From: an uncultured Candidatus Peribacteria bacterium
GTDB lineage: Bacteria > Patescibacteriota > Gracilibacteria > Peribacterales > Peribacteraceae
Length of the DNA stretch: 24,433 nucleotides
Assembly: GCA_964558635.1 (NCBI GenBank)
Contig: CAZLEW010000003.1
Span: 1-24,433, forward strand
Direction: 5' to 3'
In this document: piece after piece, positions 1 to 8,766 of the stretch
Layout: every line of letters begins with the position of its first letter
Numbering within the stretch: the stretch's first letter is position 1
Notes under the pieces: model-generated
Told to the model about the DNA's origin: nothing
The model's input: the letters and a program-made list of their open reading frames with translations, nothing else
Databases searched by the model: none
Program-made: the position numbers and the translations under genes

Positions 1-1
1 T

Positions 2-1462
2 AATCGCTACGTAAATACGAGTGGCGATACGATGACGGGAGCGCTGACGATTCAAAACGGAACGGCTCACTCTGATACTCTAACATCACTCTTTAATGTC
101 CGTGGCACGATGTCGGGGAAATCCCTAGTCATCAATGGTGGTGGATACTTCCAAGGAGGCAACGGCGATGTAAACGGCGATGGCTCGCAAACATCAGCAG
201 ATTTACTCATGCTCGTAAACTACTTCAATGGAGGCGGCACAACGGAACTTCTAACATCCGACCAATACGCACGCGCAGATGTGAACGGCGACAGTCGCGT
301 CGATGGATATGATTACTACATGATCAACAACTATGCACTCATGACCCAATCTGAAAACGCCATCGCAAAGCACCTCTCCAACACGGCTTGGACACTCGAT
401 TTAGACGGTGACTTTGGTATCGGCACGCGCGTTCCCGATGCAAAACTCGATGTCATCGGGTCCATTTCTGGCGCATCACTCGTCATCAACGGTGGCGGCG
501 AATTTAGCGGCAGCGTGGGTGTTGGGCGTCCAGCCAGTACACACTCGACATTCACAGCATCTGGCTCGTTTGCTACGCGTGCACGCGTCATGACCGCGAC
601 AGGTTCGATCAACGGGCACGACAACATTATCTTCGCGTCGGGCTCATCGATGATCACAATCACCCTGCCAACGGCTGTTGGCATCACTGGTCGTCAGTAC
701 ACGATCAAGAAGACGAGCGCGACGACCGATACAAACATGCGCCGTGTGATCGTCGCCACCACATCGAGCCAAACGATTGATCGCGTCGCAAACTGGAAAC
801 TCCTGAATCGCGGCCAGCAAGTTACGGTCGTGAGCGACGGCGCCAACTGGCAAGTTGTCGATGCCTCGAGCTACGGATTGAACGGCGGGTTTATTTCGAT
901 GGGCACAACCATGAACCAGTGGTACGGCGCACCAGCAGACGCGACGGCACTCACGACTGCTGTACTCACCACCACCGCAACCATCCGTGCTCTACCATTT
1001 GTGGCACAGAAGGTGATGACGATCAACGGCATGTCGGTCTCGGTGCAAACAACAGCAGCAAACGCGAGCGTCCGATTGGCACTGTACAACGACTCTGGCC
1101 GCGGATACCCCGACCAATTAGTTGTAGATGCTGGCGCCGTAGCCACCACAGCGACAGGCCAACGCTCGATCTGCCCCAGTGGCTGCACCACCACGGGTAG
1201 CGGTTCACTGCCAGTGACCATTCAACCTGGATTATACTGGATCGCTCTCAATAATAACTCCATCGCGGTGACGCTGCGCGGCTACGCCGTAGCAAACCTT
1301 AACCCTGTCAGCGGCTTTCCCTCGGCGTATACAACACTGCGTAACGTAGGGTGGCAGGTAACGAGCAACCCCATGGGGGCATTCCCCTCGACCTTCCCCA
1401 CGGCGGCGACAGCGACAACGGCAGTGCCCCTTCCTGCGGTGACGATGCGCTTCCAGGAGTGA
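2..1462 (+). CDS. 5'-truncated secreted tail-fibre-like/adhesin protein with an internal type I dockerin domain
   Basis: The frame is open to the window edge: upstream of the ATG at 32 it reads NRYVNTSGDT-MTGALTI, a tail-fibre-type GDTMTG motif, so 32 is probably an internal Met. It contains a duplicated dockerin Ca-loop (GDVNGDGSQTSADLL / ADVNGDSRVDGYDYY), a GIGT..P...LDV.G motif, and an ITLP.A...GRQYTIKK...TID...SDGANW module. Confidence 0.8.
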   Translation, partial: NRYVNTSGDTMTGALTIQNGTAHSDTLTSLFNVRGTMSGKSLVINGGGYFQGGNGDVNGDGSQTSADLLMLVNYFNGGGTTELLTSDQYARADVNGDSRVDGYDYYMINNYALMTQSENAIAKHLSNTAWTLDLDGDFGIGTRVPDAKLDVIGSISGASLVINGGGEFSGSVGVGRPASTHSTFTASGSFATRARVMTATGSINGHDNIIFASGSSMITITLPTAVGITGRQYTIKKTSATTDTNMRRVIVATTSSQTIDRVANWKLLNRGQQVTVVSDGANWQVVDASSYGLNGGFISMGTTMNQWYGAPADATALTTAVLTTTATIRALPFVAQKVMTINGMSVSVQTTAANASVRLALYNDSGRGYPDQLVVDAGAVATTATGQRSICPSGCTTTGSGSLPVTIQPGLYWIALNNNSIAVTLRGYAVANLNPVSGFPSAYTTLRNVGWQVTSNPMGAFPSTFPTAATATTAVPLPAVTMRFQE

Positions 1463-1468
1463 CGAATG

Positions 1469-1477
1469 TGATACGAT
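1469..1477 (+). promoter_or_regulatory. Extended -10 promoter, probably leaderless
   Basis: TG-A-TACGAT at 1469-1477, followed by 6 nt and the ATG at 1484. Confidence 0.55.
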
Positions 1478-1483
1478 GCCGCC

Positions 1484-3211
1484 ATGCAGCGATTGCCTAC
1501 TCGATGGATTCACTCGCGTTGGTTCGCGCTAGCGACGTTCCTAGTTCTTAGTCTGGCACTGTACGGCAACTCGCTGCCAGGAGAATTTGTGTACGATGAT
1601 GCGTTTTTTTACCAGAACGGCGCGTTGCGATCGTGGTCGTACATGATCGATGGATGGCATGAGCCAGTCCTCAAGAGCTTAGGGAACTATTCGCCCTATC
1701 GACCGCTCACGTTCGGCACCTTCGCGTTGAACTTCCTCCTCACTGGAGAATCACCCCTGTGGTTCCACCTCATGAATATTCTCCTGAACGGACTCGCATG
1801 CTGGCTCCTGTTTTACGTAGTCGATCGCTTGTTCGAGAGGCGCATGCTCTCGTGGTCGATTGCGCTGCTCTTCGCGCTGTTCCCAATTCACACCGAGTCC
1901 ATCGCATATATCAAAGCAAGAGATGAGCTGCTCGTAGCGTGCTTCGGGTTCGGCGCATGGATCGCATTCTTGCGCGCGACGGAGCCGATGGAACGCCGCG
2001 TGCCGTGGTCGATCGTCGCGACGATGCTCTCGTTTGGGGCATTTTGCAGTAAGGAAACATCTCTCGTGCTGCCAGGCGTGTTCGGTGGTGCACTCCTCCT
2101 CATGCACGGATGGCGCGCGACGATGCGCGCATGGGTACCTATCGCGTTCCAAGCGGCGGCGATCGGCATCTTCTTCATACTGCGGGCGATCGTACTGAAT
2201 GGCCAAGGATTACCAGATGGAGAAATTCTGTACTTCGGCCAGAACCCTCTGGGGTACATGCACCCCTCCTACGTCCCATGGACGGCGTTCCAACTCTTGT
2301 TCATCGCTGTCGCCATGACATTCGTACCATGGAACCTCTCTGCTACGTACGGCTTTGCCCATATTCCACTCACGAACTCACCGATTGGTACCTGGATGGT
2401 GCCGGCGGGTATCGCAACGCTCATTGGCCTCCTCCTACTTCTCGCGATCCCGCGCACACGACGTTCACCGCTCGGCATCGGCGCACTCACGTTTCTCGTG
2501 CTCTATTTTCCATTCTCGAAGATACCGTTCTATCAATCGATCGACTTCTTCGCCGAGCGCTGGCTCTACGCGCCATCTGCAGGACTCGCGATGATCTGCG
2601 GGTACGCGCTATGGCTTGTCCACATGCGGTGGAAGCAGATTACCCCAGTACTCCTCACGACCGTTGCTGTGGCGTACGCAACTGTCATCTTGCCGCGCAA
2701 TATGGTGTGGTGGAACGAGACAGCCCTCGGGGAGAGCATGGTGAAAGACGCGCCGAACAGCGTGATCTCATATGTGTTCCTCGGTAACAACCGCCTGCAG
2801 TACGGTCGCTTGCAGGAAGCAACGATGCTTGTGACCAAAGGCCTGGCGATCACGCGCGACCACATCCCCATTCATCACGTGGCTGCCGCTACGGCGATGG
2901 GAGCGGGGGAATTGCAGGTTGCCGAACAAGCTGTAGAGGCCGCGGAACAACGAGGTGGCGACGAACTTGCGAATGTGATCCTGCGCTCGACGCTGCTCGC
3001 AAAGCAACATCGCTACCAGGAAAGCGTAGACCACCTACGAACAAGCACGTGGCTTGACGAAACGGAGCATCGCACACGAATGCTCCTCGCCCTAAACTTA
3101 TGGATGCTGGACCAGCACGAAGAAGCGCTGGAGTACTTCGATTGGGACAAGAATTTGCCAGTCATCCGCATGACAAACGAGGAAAAGATTCACATGTTCG
3201 AAACCTATTAA
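1484..3211 (+). CDS. TMTC-like GT-C membrane glycosyltransferase (putative protein O-mannosyltransferase) with C-terminal TPR-like helices
   Basis: About 11 TM segments. Motifs FVYDD, YRPL..F.LN, FHLMN, FPIHTESIAY..ARDELL, SKET, AERWLYAPSAG and RN.VW match the TMTC/DUF1736 pattern; the C-terminus is helical. Confidence 0.8.
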   Translation: MQRLPTRWIHSRWFALATFLVLSLALYGNSLPGEFVYDDAFFYQNGALRSWSYMIDGWHEPVLKSLGNYSPYRPLTFGTFALNFLLTGESPLWFHLMNILLNGLACWLLFYVVDRLFERRMLSWSIALLFALFPIHTESIAYIKARDELLVACFGFGAWIAFLRATEPMERRVPWSIVATMLSFGAFCSKETSLVLPGVFGGALLLMHGWRATMRAWVPIAFQAAAIGIFFILRAIVLNGQGLPDGEILYFGQNPLGYMHPSYVPWTAFQLLFIAVAMTFVPWNLSATYGFAHIPLTNSPIGTWMVPAGIATLIGLLLLLAIPRTRRSPLGIGALTFLVLYFPFSKIPFYQSIDFFAERWLYAPSAGLAMICGYALWLVHMRWKQITPVLLTTVAVAYATVILPRNMVWWNETALGESMVKDAPNSVISYVFLGNNRLQYGRLQEATMLVTKGLAITRDHIPIHHVAAATAMGAGELQVAEQAVEAAEQRGGDELANVILRSTLLAKQHRYQESVDHLRTSTWLDETEHRTRMLLALNLWMLDQHEEALEYFDWDKNLPVIRMTNEEKIHMFETY

Positions 3212-3214
3212 CGC

Positions 3215-3832
3215 ATGCCCCATCACAGCCCCACGCGCGGCTTTGGATTACTCGAAACATGGCTCGCTTCCAAACGGGCCGCTACTGCTGATGCACTCAT
3301 CCCCGATACTCTGCGCTGTGGCACTCTCGTTGATATCGGTTGTGGCGTACCTCCACTCTTTGTAGAACGAACGCAATTCACAAAAAAGATCGGCATCGAC
3401 ATTCGCTGTACTACAACGTTCGATCATGCAACAGGCATCGCGCACATCAAGCACGACGCTACCTCTGCGCCTCTACCACTCCCTGATGCATCGGCGGATG
3501 TCATCACGATGCTCGCGATGAGCGAGCACATCCCCTACGAACACATCCCAATACTCCTGACAGACATCAATCGCATTTTGCGACCAGGAGGACTTCTCAT
3601 CATCACATCGCCGACACCGCTCGCATTCATCCCCCTGTGGATATTCTCGATCATTGGCCTGGTGAGTAAACAAGAAATTGACGACCACAAGCAACTCCTG
3701 CCTCTGTGCACGCTCACGACGATGATTGAATCAACAGGTATGCATGTCTCTACAACTGGCACATTCGAATGGGGGATGAATATGTGGCTCCTAGCGAGCC
3801 ACTCATCTTGCTGCCACCGCGAGCAAGCGTAG
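3215..3832 (+). CDS. Class I SAM-dependent methyltransferase
   Basis: Motif I LVDIGCG, post-II LPLPDASADVIT, EHI, and RILRPGGLLIITSP. Confidence 0.85.
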   Translation: MPHHSPTRGFGLLETWLASKRAATADALIPDTLRCGTLVDIGCGVPPLFVERTQFTKKIGIDIRCTTTFDHATGIAHIKHDATSAPLPLPDASADVITMLAMSEHIPYEHIPILLTDINRILRPGGLLIITSPTPLAFIPLWIFSIIGLVSKQEIDDHKQLLPLCTLTTMIESTGMHVSTTGTFEWGMNMWLLASHSSCCHREQA

Positions 3833-3859
3833 TATGTGAGATAATTTACTTCCCACTGC

Positions 3860-4858
3860 ATGCAATCACGCACGCTTTCATTATCGTTAGTACTCGCGGG
3901 TATCGTCATCGGCGCTCTTGGCGTCGCTACATACTGCTTCTTCACCGAGGACCTCCTCAAGCCACAATCATGCGATGACTTTGAACTCCTCAACCCGTAC
4001 GTGCGATGCGAACCCGACGACAACCTCGCCAAGAAAAAAGAATTCACCGATTTTAAAGCGAGCATCCAAGAAAAAATCTACGCATGGATGGGCCAAGGTC
4101 GCATTCACCACGCATCGGTGTATCTACGTGATCTGCAATTTGGACCATGGATGGGTATCGATGAACAGGAAACATACTCCGCTGCGAGCCTCCTCAAGGT
4201 TGCAGTAATGCTCACGCTCCTGCGCCAAGAAGAGCTTCATCCTGGCATTCTCGAGCAGGAGATTTTCATCACGCCCGATTTCGTCTCAAACTACATGCAA
4301 ACAATTCAACCCACGAAACAGATCGACGTGGGGAAAACGTATACCGTCGACGAGCTCCTGGAATACATGATCGTCCATTCCGATAATAATGCCACGAACG
4401 TGCTCAACTCTTACATCGAGAGCATCAGCCTCGACGGCCCGCTCTTGATACGAACACTGGAAGAACTTGGATTCATTGGCGAGTTCACGACCGACGATTC
4501 ACTTACAGTGAAGCAAACTGCATCCATGTTCCGCTTGCTCTATAACGCTTCATACCTTCACAAGGATTTAAGCCAAAAAGCTCTAGAACTCCTCTCGCGT
4601 ACGACTTTCCTCGATGGCATTCGTTCATCTACACCCGCATCGATGCGCGTTGCTCACAAATTTGGCGAACGCATTCTATCAAACGGCAAACGTCAATTAC
4701 ATGATTGTGGCATCGTCTATCACCCTGGCGGCCAGTATTTGCTCTGCATCATGACGCAAGGCAACGATATAAAGGAACTTGAACGTGTCATTCACGACAT
4801 ATCTGCAATGGTCTACGCCGAAATGGACGAACGACACCGTGTTTCGAGTACACGCTGA
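3860..4858 (+). CDS. Membrane-anchored serine hydrolase, class A beta-lactamase-like/PBP fold
   Basis: N-terminal TM segment; SxxK (ASLLK), SDN and HKFG (KTG-equivalent) motifs. Confidence 0.85.
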   Translation: MQSRTLSLSLVLAGIVIGALGVATYCFFTEDLLKPQSCDDFELLNPYVRCEPDDNLAKKKEFTDFKASIQEKIYAWMGQGRIHHASVYLRDLQFGPWMGIDEQETYSAASLLKVAVMLTLLRQEELHPGILEQEIFITPDFVSNYMQTIQPTKQIDVGKTYTVDELLEYMIVHSDNNATNVLNSYIESISLDGPLLIRTLEELGFIGEFTTDDSLTVKQTASMFRLLYNASYLHKDLSQKALELLSRTTFLDGIRSSTPASMRVAHKFGERILSNGKRQLHDCGIVYHPGGQYLLCIMTQGNDIKELERVIHDISAMVYAEMDERHRVSSTR

Positions 4859-4865
4859 CGCACGA

Positions 4866-4890
4866 AAACGGCCCCCATTGGAGGCCGTTT
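4866..4890. terminator. Hairpin between convergent genes, probable bidirectional terminator
   Basis: AAACGGCC (4866-4873) and GGCCGTTT (4883-4890) form an inverted repeat just after the stop at 4858. Confidence 0.65.
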
Positions 4891-4948
4891 CTATCGTTAT
4901 GCTAGGCCGTCTTCACGGCGTGCCGTCTACTCACGCGAAGCGAGTAGT

Positions 4949-6310
4949 TTACGGCGTGGTCGTCTCGAAGTTGAGGTTAATGAAGCTTGCGGCGGCATTG
5001 GCGCTGGCGGTGCTATCTGCTGCAAGCTTCACGTAGATCGTGGCATATTGCGCTGTGGCATTGGTACTCGCCGTCCATGTACCTGCGGATTCAGGACCCG
5101 TCACGTTCGCCGTTGTCCATGATGTACTCGCGAGCCCGCCGCCGTTTGTCAGCGTTACGCTCGCACCAGCGGTATCTTTCATGCGCACCGTGACGTGGTT
5201 ATTGGCGGCAGATGCGACACCCGTCTTGTAACGGAACTCGATCGGCTTCACAGGATCCCACGAGCTGAAGTTGTTTGGGATACGGAAGCGAACAGAGATC
5301 CAGTAATCCTGGAGTGTGCCGCGTGTCGAGGTCCAGACGTAGCTATTATCAAGCGCAGCCGTACCACCGGAACCGTAGAGCTGACCGATATAGCTCGCAC
5401 CGGAGGAGAAGTACACAGCGCCTGGATACTCTGGCTGCATCGACATGATGAGACCTGAACCGTTGTTAACACTCGTAGCCGTCCATGTGAGGTTACCTGC
5501 GCCATCATTGGTGAGGGAACCGGCACCCTGCGCTGTCGGTGCGTTGTACGTCAATCCGCGGAGTGTGAGTGCACCACCGATATTGAGCGTCGCACCTGAG
5601 ATAGCTCCTTCTGTACGGATCGTGCCGGAAGCGGAAAGGCTTTGGACCTGCGCATTACCGTCGATACGGAGGGTCGAACCCGAGATACCCCCGACGACAC
5701 TCACGTCCTTACTGAACTGGAATCTCTGGCTAGAATGTAAGTACTTCAAGGTTTGGTTAGTCGTTTGGTTTCCGAAGGTAAGAACAGCGTCTGCACCTGT
5801 CGTACGATCATCGTTGATCGTAAAGTCGCCGTCGGCGCGGAAGGCACCCGACGCAGTGAGTTCACCATGCACCGCGGCTGGGCCACTCACGCGGAGTGTG
5901 GAACCCGAGAGGAAGGTCTTCGCGGTGATAGAACCAACGCCAAGGATGGCACCTGTGACAGTCAACGTACCGCCGACGGTCGCATTGCGATCGACGTTCA
6001 ACGACGAACCCGACATCGTGCCGAGGACGCTAATTGAATGTGAGAATTGAAATTTCTGCGTTGCGTAGAGGAACTTCATTGTCTTCGTAGAAGCACCGAA
6101 ACGAAGTTCGATATCCGATGTACCATTCCCTGCATCAATCTCTTGGAATGCTTCTGTATTCACAAGCAGTGTTGGCTTCCACGAGGAGGCGGCAGTCGCA
6201 ATCTGCGGTAACACACTCGACGCAACAAGTGCGAGCGCGGTAGCAGCATGCGTCACCTTGCGTAGTGCAAGGGAAGCGAGCGAGCCAGAAGTGTGTAGGT
6301 ATTTGTTCAT
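4949..6310 (-). CDS. Secreted fibre/beta-helix-like surface protein (453 aa)
   Basis: The likely start is MNKYLHT at 6310 rather than 6430. It has a signal-like segment ending QIATAA, repeated G(T/A)(M/I/L)SG(S/A)(S/T)L motifs, and a C-terminal domain paralogous to that of 6442..8763. Confidence 0.8.
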   Translation of the reverse strand: MNKYLHTSGSLASLALRKVTHAATALALVASSVLPQIATAASSWKPTLLVNTEAFQEIDAGNGTSDIELRFGASTKTMKFLYATQKFQFSHSISVLGTMSGSSLNVDRNATVGGTLTVTGAILGVGSITAKTFLSGSTLRVSGPAAVHGELTASGAFRADGDFTINDDRTTGADAVLTFGNQTTNQTLKYLHSSQRFQFSKDVSVVGGISGSTLRIDGNAQVQSLSASGTIRTEGAISGATLNIGGALTLRGLTYNAPTAQGAGSLTNDGAGNLTWTATSVNNGSGLIMSMQPEYPGAVYFSSGASYIGQLYGSGGTAALDNSYVWTSTRGTLQDYWISVRFRIPNNFSSWDPVKPIEFRYKTGVASAANNHVTVRMKDTAGASVTLTNGGGLASTSWTTANVTGPESAGTWTASTNATAQYATIYVKLAADSTASANAAASFINLNFETTTP

Positions 6311-6334
6311 AAATGTTTGTGGAAGTTTCTGATC

Positions 6335-6363
6335 ATTATAGCGAATAAAAAGTTTTTGCGCAA
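6335..6363 (-). promoter_or_regulatory. Sigma70-type promoter for the 6310 gene
   Basis: On the minus strand: TTGCGC (6363-6358), 17 nt, TATAAT (6340-6335). This supports the internal start at 6310. Confidence 0.7.
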
Positions 6364-6441
6364 GAGTAGATTTATTGGGTGGATGATGATGTTGTAGTGA
6401 TGGTGGTGATGGAGCGTAACGTGCGTACATAAAGGAAGGGG

Positions 6442-8763
6442 TTACGGTGTAAGGCGAACATACTTCAACTTCATACTGCCGATATGCGCCTGGTAGTTAT
6501 CTTTCGCGTAGAGCTTGAATTTGATGAGGAATTCCTGCCCGGCGGTCCATGTCGCACCAGTATCGAACGTGAGGGCAGATGTACCCCACGACGTAGATGC
6601 TAATCCCGTAGCGGATCCACCGAGCGCGACTGGCGTACCGTTCGTATCGAAGAGTGACACATCCACTTTGCTATTGGTCACATCGGCAGATGTTGTGCGG
6701 TACGACACCGAGAGTGGTGCACTGTCCCATCGAGCGAAGTCAGCAGGGAGCGATACACGAACAACAACGTCATAATCCTGCAACGTCGCACGTGTCGAAT
6801 TCCAGAGGTAGAAGTTGCGCTGTGTGATGTTATCGAGTGAGACAGAAAGCTGACCCGTATTCTCCGTCGCATCAGCTTGATAGCTCGCATTCTGGAATTC
6901 AGCATGCAGATTCACTTCGGTTGTTTGTTCGCGATCATCACTCAGAACAACGCGGAAGTCATTGATCTGCGTCACATTCGTTCCATTTGTTATGACTTCT
7001 GCAAGACGGATGAATGATTCATCGGTGGGGAAGCCCGATGTCCGAACAGTGAGACCACCCGACCCAATGAAGACCTGACTCGTCGTATTTGCTGGAACAG
7101 CAACACCCGATGCACCCGCGAAGTCTGTCACATCACCATTGATACGGTACGCGCCACCCGTGATATTCACAGACAGACCCGCGCCGCTGCTTACGCGCAG
7201 CTTTCCTTCGTCCGAGCCTGCAATGCTCGAGATATCAATACCGTTGATGAGACCCGTGACCACGAGGTCACCTTCGATGCGCACGTCTGCACTAAACGTG
7301 AAGCGATCGTTCAGAATGTCGTAGCTCAATGTTTTGGCAAGAGCTTGGCCGAATTGCAACGTAATCAGGCTCGAAGCAGTGTTATTCGCATCGACCACGA
7401 AGGTATCGCGATTGGTACCACCTGGCACAACCGCAACGGGCAAGAGGCCACCACTGCCAAGGAGTGGGATAGAACCACTTCCTGTGCCAATTTCACGCTG
7501 ATCGAGCAAGTCAGCATTCTGCGCAAACGGCACCGAGAGGATCGGCGAGCGATCGATCAGATCATCCGACGGATTCACATCGAGCACTTCGTATGCCGAA
7601 TCGAGGCTGCCCGCGGCTTTTACCTCGACCTGGAGGAAGAGGTTATCGAGATCCGACGTCGCGACCGCAGCAAGGTTTGGAAGTGTGGCACCCGTACCAA
7701 GGATAACCGAGAAGTACCCCTGGCTATCAGGCGTCACAACGTGCACTTCTTGGTATCCAGCGTACATTGCCGCTCCCGTATTAATGATACCAGCGTTGAC
7801 ATCACCCGTGACCAAGTCGCGGCTGTACCATTGACTGAAGCGAATGTAGTGCGGTGTGGTGATCGCCTGACCGGATGCATTCAGGAGATGACCATTATAG
7901 ACAGTGCGCTCGGGCGACGAGACAGCGGCTTCCGCTGCTTGCACCGTGAGGACTGCAGCAATCGAGAGTGCGATGATGAGCAATGCGACGTACCAGAGGG
8001 AACGACTGATGCGTCGGCGATGCAGCGACAGCAGAACGACGAGCAACGTCACAACGCAACCAAGAAGGAAGAACAGGAGCAAGAGCAACCATGTCCATGG
8101 CGATCCTGTGCATGCGGATGCAACAGAACCGAGTGCATCGACAATCACATCGCCAAGTGTTACGCCACGATCAGTCGAACGATCGATTGGTGGAACAGGT
8201 AACAGTTCGATGCGGTGGTAGAACCCTGCAGGGCAAAGGATCGATGCACATGCATTTGTGCTGCTCACGGATGATGTAGACGAAACGGATGCCGCTGGGC
8301 GGAGCGCTTCAGATGAAACTGACACATCCTGCGAACTCGAAGAGACCGACGAAGCTTGAGATGATGAGGAGGAAGAAACTGCGGATGACGATGAAGCGCG
8401 GGATGAACGCACGGGAGGATTCGTCGTGGTCGTGCCTTCGCCACGGTGACCACCATCATCTTCATCAGACGATACCGATGAAGCAGTAGACGATGCACCA
8501 GCGCTACTCGCGGGCACAGGAGGCGCAGTCGTAATCTGGAAATTATTGCTGTGGAGCGGAGCCTCTTGGCGCCACGAGAGATCACCCTGCATGCGGAAGT
8601 TCGTCGAGCCATGCGGCAGACCTGCTGCGTTGCCCGGGCCGACTTCTTGCATTTGGAACGTCGTACTCGCAGCAGCGGACACCGCACCGATGAAGGTGCA
8701 GAATCCCGTCACACCGAGGAGGAGTGAGAGGAGGGTGCCGATGACGGAGCGATTACGCGTCAT
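6442..8763 (-). CDS. Large membrane-anchored surface protein with Ser-rich linker, two internal TM helices and a tail-fibre-type module
   Basis: Signal peptide, poly-Ser linker, then TM-RRRISR-TM. After that comes a VYNGHL.N..G...IRF...G.FSV.LG...LQVEVK...SVPFA..A module seen in fibre-like proteins. The C-terminal domain is shared with 4949..6310. Confidence 0.8.
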   Translation of the reverse strand: MTRNRSVIGTLLSLLLGVTGFCTFIGAVSAAASTTFQMQEVGPGNAAGLPHGSTNFRMQGDLSWRQEAPLHSNNFQITTAPPVPASSAGASSTASSVSSDEDDGGHRGEGTTTTNPPVRSSRASSSSAVSSSSSSQASSVSSSSQDVSVSSEALRPAASVSSTSSVSSTNACASILCPAGFYHRIELLPVPPIDRSTDRGVTLGDVIVDALGSVASACTGSPWTWLLLLLFFLLGCVVTLLVVLLSLHRRRISRSLWYVALLIIALSIAAVLTVQAAEAAVSSPERTVYNGHLLNASGQAITTPHYIRFSQWYSRDLVTGDVNAGIINTGAAMYAGYQEVHVVTPDSQGYFSVILGTGATLPNLAAVATSDLDNLFLQVEVKAAGSLDSAYEVLDVNPSDDLIDRSPILSVPFAQNADLLDQREIGTGSGSIPLLGSGGLLPVAVVPGGTNRDTFVVDANNTASSLITLQFGQALAKTLSYDILNDRFTFSADVRIEGDLVVTGLINGIDISSIAGSDEGKLRVSSGAGLSVNITGGAYRINGDVTDFAGASGVAVPANTTSQVFIGSGGLTVRTSGFPTDESFIRLAEVITNGTNVTQINDFRVVLSDDREQTTEVNLHAEFQNASYQADATENTGQLSVSLDNITQRNFYLWNSTRATLQDYDVVVRVSLPADFARWDSAPLSVSYRTTSADVTNSKVDVSLFDTNGTPVALGGSATGLASTSWGTSALTFDTGATWTAGQEFLIKFKLYAKDNYQAHIGSMKLKYVRLTP

Positions 8764-8766
8764 GGG

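Noticed and set aside
3860-4858. Antibiotic-resistance beta-lactamase call
   Set aside because: There is no clear Glu166 equivalent, the protein has a KFG motif, and it carries a membrane anchor.
6311-6430. N-terminal extension of the 493-aa ORF and its CAT/CAC-rich low-complexity tract
   Set aside because: A canonical promoter lies inside it (6335-6363), so the start is 6310. The tract looks like simple low-complexity intergenic DNA.
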